Shown here in pieces: positions 7,785 through 15,778 of a stretch of DNA of 64,000 nucleotides. The position numbers and the translations under genes were made by a program. Source of the stretch: Schmidtea nova. Taxonomy: Eukaryota. The stretch is from contig CM097884.1 of assembly GCA_044892505.1 (NCBI GenBank), positions 40,176,001 to 40,240,000 of the forward strand. Reading direction: 5' to 3'. The notes under the pieces were generated by a model that searched no databases, had not been told where the DNA came from, and saw only the letters and a program-made list of their open reading frames with translations. Within the stretch, counting starts at the first letter, position 1; each line of letters opens with the position of its first letter.

Positions 7785-10498
7785 TTATTATACGAATTTT
7801 GATTAACTTTACTGGTATTGTGATTACCAGTATGGAAACGGCAGCCTTCCAAGCATGTTTTGGCCTCGGTCTTAAATATTGCGTGATAGATGCAAAGGTT
7901 GCGAGGCAGGCATGTTGGAAGTCGGTTGTTCCACCTACAACCGACATAGCAATGTTGGGCTTTGTCTCCATACGTCTTATGGTAGGAGCATATGAGCCCT
8001 CGTGCAGATGTGGACCGATGTCGTTTTTGATTGTTGTCACGACTGTCTGTTCGACTTCGACCTCGGGTGTGTAGACTTGCGTCTAAATTGTCCATCCTCG
8101 CTGTTAAAGCAGCTATGGCGCTGACTAGTGCTCCTAATTCGGCGTGTGGGAGGCTTGTTGTTGCGACTACCGGTGATGGAGTAACAGGTGACGTGTTGAT
8201 TTCCACGATCTTGTCGGCAATTTTGGCCAGTTCTTCCAATGTTGTGTTTGGAACAACGGCCAGAATGGACTGTGCTGATGTAGGTAGTGCTTTTAGAAAG
8301 AACCTACGGAGTAGAGCGTCGTCTTTGGTAAGACCAGCCTGGATCCTCTCGAGTTGTTCCTTGGCTCGCTTGAGGAAGGCGCTTGGTCTTTCATTATTGA
8401 GAGGTTGATTTCGGAACCAAGCCTCATATAAATGATCTAATTTTGGTCGGTAGGCGTCTAGCACTGCCGATTTCAGTGAGTTGTAGGGCTCACTTGCCGT
8501 GGCTGCGGTTGCAATGGCGGTGGACAATGTGGTGTAAATAGTGCTTGGAAGCATGGACAAGAGTGCACCAAACTTCTGCCCTTGAGATTGAGTGGGTAGA
8601 AAGGTTGGAGTCACTTCTAGTGCCAGGAACCACGTTTGTGGGGAGCCAACGCCGTCTAGGAAAAACGGTATTGGGGTAATAACTGGTGTTGTTTGTTGTG
8701 TTGGCGGTTGTATGTGACTGATTTCACAGTCTGTGTTAGCCTCATCAGTTTGCATTCCTCCAGTCAAACGGGGAATAATGTCGAAATAGGTGGTGATGAC
8801 TGGGGTATGTGTCGCCGATTGGGACTTCTTGACAAAGAAGTGGCGGTGTGTTTCCTTTGGGACGCCAATTGCTAGGAGCAATGAAGACATTGAGGACAAA
8901 TGTGACTTCGTCGGACACAGAGGTTGCCATCCGGAAGTCTTGTTAGGACACCGGAAGAGGAACTTGTGTGATACTTGTTTCCTCTTAATGTTTAAAAACC
9001 CGGTTGTTCTTATGATGTGGTTTCCATGTACCGTCAATTCAGTTAGTCCCGCCCAGGATTGTAGCGCCTTCATTTGGGAAGGAATAGGAAAAATAATAAA
9101 TGTGGGAATAGAATAAAATAAAGTGTTATTTAGGGTAATATAAATGTTACTGGAGGGAGGGAGTAACTTCTGACACCAATTTGATATACCGGAAACCACA
9201 CCAAGGTATTCAGATTTTTGGTGTGGTTGCCGATTCATCAATTTTATTTTTGTTCCCTGGCTGATTAATTTACATAAATTTACAAAAAAATATGAAGGTA
9301 CTTTAGTTTTGTCGGATAACAGGGAAAGTAGGATGCCGGGTCGAATCAAAGCTCTATCGAAACCATCGGGTAATCTCCCAACGAGGATCTCATAAGATTG
9401 AATATCCACGTAAAAACGATACACACATGGATTTGATAGTACAGTACATACGCTAACTACATTCACTTTCGGATCTTGATAGGACATCAACTGACAATAA
9501 AATCGTAATTTTCTTAAGATTAATAAGTTCATCATATAAGAACCTTCAAAAATGCATATTGTACAGACAATGAATACAAACAATCCGAAAATAATGTCGA
9601 TGTAATAATGTTGGACGATCATTGTCAAAGAACTATAGAGAGTAGCATTCAACATTAAAGCCATACCGGTGAACGGCATTTGGCCTTCCGACTTAAAACA
9701 TCTACTAGAAGAATCACTTTTAAAAGGTTCGAGCAATTCCCGGGCACTTAAACTCAATCTGCCATAACTATTCACTGAAACCGGATAACGGGGGCCTTTA
9801 AAGTCACTCAAGCACATTTTTGGAGTCAAAATAGGCAAGTTATCCACCAAGAACTCGATCCTTATTTCCCACGGGAGTTGATTAAATATCAATTTTAAAC
9901 GGAGAGATATATTCTGTACACATATTTCGATCTTTATAAATTTCTCTCTCTCGGTAACAAATTCAATGTTATCACTAAGATTGACATAAAAGTAGAGCAC
10001 AATAACAACTTTGGCATAGCATTGTTTATTAAAAATATTTAGTTTTAAAGTTTTAGATGGTTCCATAAATCCCTTCATTTCTAAGGCGACTATTTCTGGG
10101 ATTTCAGGCAGAATAATCACTGGCACGTTAGCGATGTAAATCGGCTGATAGCGCTTACCATGCGATTCAACTAATCTGCTGATTCCATGTTTATCATTGA
10201 TGCGGAAATATCCCGACATTGATTCCTTGTACTCCGTAGTGATGTATCCATAGGAATTGATAGGCACTTCCAAACATTTACCGTTAGTTGAAACTTTCAA
10301 TGGTCTGACATCTAGAAAGAATTTGTAATAAAAGACGTTTATTTTCCACTTCATATTGACAAATTCAACATTATAAGTTGCCGTAGCATTAACAGATTCA
10401 ATATTCCTGGCGATGTCTGTCAGTCTAATATCTGCTGGCAACAAGTTGTTTGTAAAGATACTGTGGATGAATTCCAAAATATAAATTAATTTTATCAT
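7769..10498 (-). CDS. gag: 909-aa LTR-ORF / Ubl / Gag fusion; Gag proper starts at Met582 (8755)
   Basis: Uninterrupted ORF crossing the LTR end and the PBS. PRLTGG precedes MQTDE. Gag motifs: PFFLDGVGSPQTWF, RPSAFLKR, FFLKALP, and two CxxHx9Cx3C knuckles. Confidence 0.9.
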   Translation of the reverse strand: MIKLIYILEFIHSIFTNNLLPADIRLTDIARNIESVNATATYNVEFVNMKWKINVFYYKFFLDVRPLKVSTNGKCLEVPINSYGYITTEYKESMSGYFRINDKHGISRLVESHGKRYQPIYIANVPVIILPEIPEIVALEMKGFMEPSKTLKLNIFNKQCYAKVVIVLYFYVNLSDNIEFVTEREKFIKIEICVQNISLRLKLIFNQLPWEIRIEFLVDNLPILTPKMCLSDFKGPRYPVSVNSYGRLSLSARELLEPFKSDSSSRCFKSEGQMPFTGMALMLNATLYSSLTMIVQHYYIDIIFGLFVFIVCTICIFEGSYMMNLLILRKLRFYCQLMSYQDPKVNVVSVCTVLSNPCVYRFYVDIQSYEILVGRLPDGFDRALIRPGILLSLLSDKTKVPSYFFVNLCKLISQGTKIKLMNRQPHQKSEYLGVVSGISNWCQKLLPPSSNIYITLNNTLFYSIPTFIIFPIPSQMKALQSWAGLTELTVHGNHIIRTTGFLNIKRKQVSHKFLFRCPNKTSGWQPLCPTKSHLSSMSSLLLAIGVPKETHRHFFVKKSQSATHTPVITTYFDIIPRLTGGMQTDEANTDCEISHIQPPTQQTTPVITPIPFFLDGVGSPQTWFLALEVTPTFLPTQSQGQKFGALLSMLPSTIYTTLSTAIATAATASEPYNSLKSAVLDAYRPKLDHLYEAWFRNQPLNNERPSAFLKRAKEQLERIQAGLTKDDALLRRFFLKALPTSAQSILAVVPNTTLEELAKIADKIVEINTSPVTPSPVVATTSLPHAELGALVSAIAALTARMDNLDASLHTRGRSRTDSRDNNQKRHRSTSARGLICSYHKTYGDKAQHCYVGCRWNNRLPTCLPRNLCIYHAIFKTEAKTCLEGCRFHTGNHNTSKVNQNSYNKPSEN
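9166..9178 (-). promoter_or_regulatory. Primer-binding site, tRNA-Leu type
   Basis: TGGTGTCAGAAGT, 3 nt after the 5' LTR end. Confidence 0.85.
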
Positions 10499-10799
10499 AA
10501 TAAAATCGATTAGTAATAAGTTTTAATAAATTTGTTTAAAATATTTATTTTGTATTAATTTGTGCGCGGGTTAACCGCTTAACAATCTCTTTTAAACAAT
10601 GGGCAATAAAATATACAAATAATAAAATTTTTACACATTTAATAATTCTTTCGCATAATCCTAAACAATGTACAATAAAATTTACAAATAATAAAATTTT
10701 CACATGACTAACAACCTTTTTACAACTCCGATTCACACAATTTCGGAGGTACATAAAACACGCATGAACATCTATTTATGGTGTCCAAAGAACATTACA
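9182..10799 (-). repeat. 5' LTR (1618 bp), containing ~440 codons of ORF
   Basis: TGTAAT...ATATCA; direct repeat of 2580-4197. Confidence 0.95.
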
Positions 10800-10804
10800 C
10801 GCGT

Positions 10805-10918
10805 CATAACCCAATCATTCCAATGTGCATTCACCATCACCTTTTTAAGAACGAGGCCAAATCCTGCCTCAAAGGATGTACATGGCACACGAGCAGTCAC
10901 CACCATGCAAAAAATTAA
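10805..10918 (+). pseudogene. gag: 3' end of the outer element's gag (second CHCC knuckle)
   Basis: HNPIIPMCIHHHLFKNEAKSCLKGCTWH..AKN* parallels CIYHAIFKTEAKTCLEGCRFH..SEN* of the inner gag. Confidence 0.8.
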
Positions 10919-11157
10919 TCGAGTCATTGGATATTCATGGACGCTCCGACGACTTCCTTCCAGTGAGCACTCTTTATCACAGCAAACCACGTCCAACGCA
11001 CACAATATCAATTCCACCAGAAAATACCATTTCAGACATGACCGCTACTCTCACACATAACAATTAACTCACACAAGTCCACCCTCACACCTCTCGGCAC
11101 ACCTCCCGGAACACCTCGCACAACACAAATACCAACACCACCACCAGCAAAAACATC

Positions 11158-11454
11158 ATGCTCAGAACCACCAGCATCATTGAGAAATCAACATTCACAA
11201 AACCACCAGAAGCACCACTATCAATGCCAAAAACACCTCCACCAACAAAAATACCATACTCAGAACCACCAGCGTCACCACCAGCATCACCACCAGCATC
11301 ACCACCAGCATCACCACAAACATCAACATTCACAAAACCACCAAAAGCATCACTGTCAATGCCACAAACACCGCTCACCCCTCCTCACGACGAAATCCGC
11401 ACAAACAACACGAACATCCTACCACAGCGCCACCAATTACCACCGCCACCATAA
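11158..11454 (+). repeat. Pro/Thr-rich low-complexity region with (CCACCAGCATCA)n and a duplicated TCAACATTCACAAAACCACCA unit
   Basis: PPAS repeats and two STFTKPP units. Confidence 0.75.
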
Positions 11455-12048
11455 GCAAGGCAACCCTAACCACACCAATTTTAACCAGAGTTGGTGTATT
11501 GCTCTTTTAAAATTTAAACAAACCATTAAGATTTTACTTTATCCAATTATTTCGCTTTCTACCTTCGCTCCGCTCTACTTTCTAGGGTCGCAATACACAC
11601 ATAAAAAGCATACTGTTTATGTAACCGTGAATTTCCCTACTAGTTCACGTAGGTAATGTACATAACAGCCGATCGCAAGCCAGCAGGTGAGCTCCTTCAC
11701 AAGAACTACTCCTGGCTTGTCGCTTCGTTCGGGTTCTGACTGACAGATAGAAGGTCTCATTCATGCTATTTCCTCACCCAGTCACAGGTCTCTTCTTTAG
11801 AGTGAACTTAATACTCTAACTTTACCTTTCTATTTACTTCAACATGTCACTAAAACTTTTCCCTCAAGATCTATCCTATTCTCTTAAATAGAGTTTCCAA
11901 AATATCCGGTTTTTTAGTATCCGCGAATACCGGTTTTCATTATTCGAAAACCGCGGTTAACCGTTTGGATACGGATATTTTGGAAATAGCTAATTTAAAA
12001 AAGAAAAGATAAAAAAAACTCGAAAAATTGTCAATTTAAGATGAAAAT

Positions 12049-12255
12049 TTATTCACTTTTTTCATTTATATACAAATATTTTAGGAAAACTAAGCAATTT
12101 AGAGAATAATCAGATAAACGGGTTCGAAGTTTGCCACAAAAGTGGGAGGAAACAGAGAAAGTCCTTTCGGCTTCGGTTGATGATGGTTTTATTGTTGTTA
12201 AGGCTTCAAATAATTTTTCAAGTTTTTCAGGCCTTTGACCTGTTTTCTTAAATAT
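12049..12255 (-). pseudogene. hAT transposase C-terminal dimerisation domain
   Basis: FKKTGQRPEKLEKLFEALTTIKPSSTEAERTFS..RTRLSD; in frame with 27219 once one ATAT copy is removed. Confidence 0.88.
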
Positions 12256-13332
12256 TGTTCGGTTCGTATCAGTGGTTTACGACGAACACAGAAATATAAA
12301 TATATATTTGATACTTTAGTTTGATTATCGGACTCCAAACGATAATCCGCTTATTAATTATAAATAAATTATATGTTTTAGGTTGTGTGTAAAGAAAAAC
12401 AAGATCTAATTCCTTTTAATAATATGTATTGTGAAATATGTAAATCAATGTACAATATAATAAAATAGCTGCTAAGCAAAAGTTAGAGAATCGGTTATAC
12501 AAACCGTCCTAAGATGTTTAAGAACGAAAGCTGGACCTAAAAGGCTCAACAGCTCCGACTAAATGAAAGGACACAAGATGAGGGGTTTCCCTGTAGTTTA
12601 ACCGCGATAGTGACAACCCAGAATTGGTTGTCACTGTGACTTAATAATTTTCCCTTCTAATAATTTATTATTTAACGATTTTGCTGAAGGGGAAAAATAG
12701 TAATACAACTATTTCCCCGTGATCGATTTATAAGATTTAAAACAAAACTAGGAAAATTACCAGCTACTAAAGATTATTCCAATTTAGGGAAATTATCACG
12801 AACGAAATTCAAGCTAAGCTTCTTGTAATACTTCTGCCGTAAAATTAATTTCTCCAATTCACAAATTTGTCAAACTAAAATTCTAAAATTCACTTCGGTA
12901 AAATTTATGTTCTGTAAACACTTATGTTTCTCTCTCTACTTCTGTCAAAATTACTTTCTGTTTCAACTGATTTTGCAATCAGTTTATATACAAATTATTT
13001 TCTCTCATGTAGGTCTAGACGACCACCTATTACTAACTACGTGTAGGTCGAAATTGACCTTACAAAATATTACTTTTAAAGTAATTTATTATTACTATAT
13101 ATATCTTATTATTACTATTTAAATTTCTTATGTATTTATTTATTACTATATTTATTATATATTATTTAATTATTACTGTATTTAATCTATATTTATTTAT
13201 AGTAATTATTTATTTATTTTCTATTTATCTATCTATTTATAGTATTTTTTTTAATTACTATTTATATTTATTTATTTACTTATAATATTTAATTACAAAA
13301 ACCCCGAGATCCCTTGATCTCGAACCCTAACA
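12256..13332 (-). repeat. 3' LTR (1077 bp)
   Basis: Direct repeat of 26138-27214. Confidence 0.96.
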
Positions 13333-13334
13333 TG

Positions 13335-13344
13335 TCTTCCCCCT
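13335..13344 (-). promoter_or_regulatory. Polypurine tract
   Basis: AGGGGGAAGA 2 nt before the 3' LTR. Confidence 0.75.
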
Positions 13345-13627
13345 AACAAGATTTTCGTCCCGAAAATTAAAGCGGAAAAGACAAGAAGGTTCAGCAGCCA
13401 AAAATAAAAAAAATAAAACAACAACACATGCATATATACATAGAATGCACTTGGTCAAAATGAGTCTCATAAAACACATAATACATAATTAATGTTGATC
13501 ACAATCGATATCAAATAATAATTGTCTGTAAGCGTTGGATTGTTGATCACATAGCCGAAATGCTAATTGTTTGATTGATAGTTGTCATAGCTTATAGCTA
13601 GACCTTGAATTGAACGTAGCAGAAATG

Positions 13628-15592
13628 CTAGTTATCCTTCGCGAATAGGTTTTGAGCTGCTCTCTTGCGAATATGCGCTTGCTCGTTCTTGATGCGATCT
13701 TCCACTATATCTGGTCTATAGCTGACCACCAATGTTTCGCGTGTTTCGACTTCCTTATATACCAAAGACGAAATCACGTATGATTTTCCGTTGGCCTCCA
13801 ATACGCCATAGTAAGGGAAGTTTGAAACTGATGATTGGTGTACCGGTTTCCCGTCGTATTCTTTTATCCGAGGTACCCAATTTCTCTCTGGTCGCTGCCA
13901 AAAACTAGGGTCTTCATTGTCCAAATCCTGGGGTATCTTTGCTGAATTTCCCGTTCCAACGAAATCCCCTTCTCTTATAATAATAGGTTCGCCCTTAACC
14001 TCCGGAATCTGTTCCATATCGGGTGGGATGAATGCTGTTTCGATTAAATCTTTGTCTTCCGTCGAGATGGGATTTGGTACTTTCTTTTTGATCTTTAGAT
14101 CTTGTAACCTTACAACAGGTTCTTGACTTTTCTTTGGGGGTGACTTTTCTACTGAAGTCAATTTTTTAAAAGTCTTAGTAACTTTTTCCAAGAGCTTGTT
14201 CTCTTTCTTTGGTGGATTTTCTGGCACGATCTTTGTAATTGTACGGCTGTCTCCGTGTAAAGTTAAACGCATCTCTGTTTGCTCCTCACCCTCGCTTTCG
14301 CAGGTGGCGTAATCGTCTTCATCAGCTAAGGATATAGCTGGAGGGGATAGTGATTCTTCCTCAACTATCTTTTGCAATTTGGTTGATAATGGTTGTTCCT
14401 GGGGTAAGCTCTCAATAGCTTTCCTTTTACTCGTTTCTTGTGGCTGTATTGTATGAACCATTTTGACTTCTGATGTAATCGTCCCACTACGATTACCTGG
14501 GGTAATGTCATCTACCCAAACTTCTCTCAGTTTAAGGTAAATATTACGTGTCGTTTCCACGTCATTTTCCGTTTTCAGATCTGAACGGTTTAGTTCTTCT
14601 TTTTCGAGAATTGACTTTGATAAATACGCGAGTCGATAATGTCCGTTACATTTCTTTAGTTCTCTCGCTTCCAGGCATTTTGCTGCTCCTAGTTCTCTAA
14701 TGCCCAATACTCGTTGAGGGTGTAACTGGACTGCTTCCAAGAAATCGTTGACTTGGAGACCTATTAGAATTTTCCCATCACATAATTTTCTAATACGGTC
14801 TGCGCAATCCTCTCCATCAAATTGTCCGATGATTTCTTTTTCGGTCATACCATGCGCGTGCGATTGGTAATGTTTGACCTGGTTTCTGGGTGTAACCACC
14901 GTGTTTAGTATTAAATCACCACAGTAGTTTGCTATCGAAACAGCCACCAAAGCTGGCTTTAAATAATCTCGCAAAGTTGCGTAATGCGCTGCAACAAATA
15001 TTGACAATCTATCTTCTTGATTGGGGTGCAGATTCATCCGAACAAAGGATTTGAATGATTTGAGATCGTTCTCATTCACATTATAGGTCCAGGCAGGTTC
15101 ATTTTTCCACAATGATTGCACTGCCTTGCTAGGTTCCAAAATCTCTAATACCACAATAGTATTATATCCGTCACATTGGATGGAGATATTCTTTTCTCTG
15201 CCATCTCCGTTACTAATTTCTAGAGTTGATTCTGGTTGAAGTAGGATGGGTCCTGTGGCTCCTGCCATGAAGATTGTAAAGGGTTTATTGATCGCGTGAA
15301 TCAGGAGATGGTGAGTAAATGTTGATCTGTTAAATTCCGCCATGTGTTCAGTCAACCGGGTGTTCTCACGGCTGGTAATTGTGACTATGCACATTTGTCT
15401 CTTAGGCGATCCGAGAAACTTAAAATTGTTTGGGATGCCGGTGCAGTGCCCGTAATACCAATAGCGACGACCTTTCCGTGCTTCTGCGGATATCGCTTTT
15501 TCGATGTTTCGATAAATCAGTTTTTCCTTCTGTACTGTTTGCACATCGATAGTGCTATAACGCTGCTTGTATTGTGACACTTGATGCTTCAT
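13628..15592 (-). CDS. Accessory ORF2 with REX4/ISG20-like DEDDh exonuclease-fold domain (ExoI acidic residues absent); likely from a spliced mRNA
   Basis: ALVAVSIANYCGDLILNTVVTP..VKHY....HGM..KILIG..ENDVETTRNIY resembles REX4 motifs. A strong acceptor TTTTTCTTTCAG lies 2 nt before the ATG at 15592. Confidence 0.75.
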   Translation of the reverse strand: MKHQVSQYKQRYSTIDVQTVQKEKLIYRNIEKAISAEARKGRRYWYYGHCTGIPNNFKFLGSPKRQMCIVTITSRENTRLTEHMAEFNRSTFTHHLLIHAINKPFTIFMAGATGPILLQPESTLEISNGDGREKNISIQCDGYNTIVVLEILEPSKAVQSLWKNEPAWTYNVNENDLKSFKSFVRMNLHPNQEDRLSIFVAAHYATLRDYLKPALVAVSIANYCGDLILNTVVTPRNQVKHYQSHAHGMTEKEIIGQFDGEDCADRIRKLCDGKILIGLQVNDFLEAVQLHPQRVLGIRELGAAKCLEARELKKCNGHYRLAYLSKSILEKEELNRSDLKTENDVETTRNIYLKLREVWVDDITPGNRSGTITSEVKMVHTIQPQETSKRKAIESLPQEQPLSTKLQKIVEEESLSPPAISLADEDDYATCESEGEEQTEMRLTLHGDSRTITKIVPENPPKKENKLLEKVTKTFKKLTSVEKSPPKKSQEPVVRLQDLKIKKKVPNPISTEDKDLIETAFIPPDMEQIPEVKGEPIIIREGDFVGTGNSAKIPQDLDNEDPSFWQRPERNWVPRIKEYDGKPVHQSSVSNFPYYGVLEANGKSYVISSLVYKEVETRETLVVSYRPDIVEDRIKNEQAHIRKRAAQNLFAKDN

Positions 15593-15778
15593 ATCTGAAA
15601 GAAAAATAATTAACGTTAATATCAGATATACTGATAGGCCAATATTGGCTAAAAAGAAATGCATAAATCTCGATTTACGGGATCTACTTATGCTGTAAGT
15701 TAATGCTACTCGGAGCTCAACAAGATTATAGATTTTAATATATATATAAATACAAATATGCGATTTTATCTGTAATTG

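Larger units (their letters stand above)
2580..10799 (-). mobile_element. Full-length CsRn1-clade-like Ty3/Gypsy LTR retrotransposon, recent insertion
   Basis: 1618-bp direct LTRs (TG..CA), only one substitution noticed (2803 vs 9405). PBS, PPT, gag with two CHCC knuckles, and PR-RT-RH-IN are present. CGCGT flanks both sides (2573-2577, 10800-10804). Confidence 0.96.
901..11454 (+). mobile_element. Decayed CsRn1-like Ty3/Gypsy element (outer), split by the insertion at 2578-10804; no pol domains seen
   Basis: PBS at 901. Broken gag at ~1850-2577 (FFLDPDGTP*S*FHIFES, LLKHQFLSALP). The CHCC knuckles rejoin in frame across the insertion. Gag ends AKN* with A_AAA_AAT at 10909-10915. No matching LTR pair was found. 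Confidence 0.7.

Noticed and set aside
11085-11656. His/Gln-rich and Gly/Asp-rich ORFs (11180-11656, 11085-11378)
   Set aside because: Alternative frames of the same 12-bp repeat.
11460-11850. 3' LTR of the outer element
   Set aside because: Only a short TTCAACA match to the region before 901; no extended similarity to 1-896.
12907-13122. 71-aa ORF duplicated at 26789-27004
   Set aside because: Short, antisense to the element, AT-rich LTR sequence; the duplication just reflects the LTR pair.
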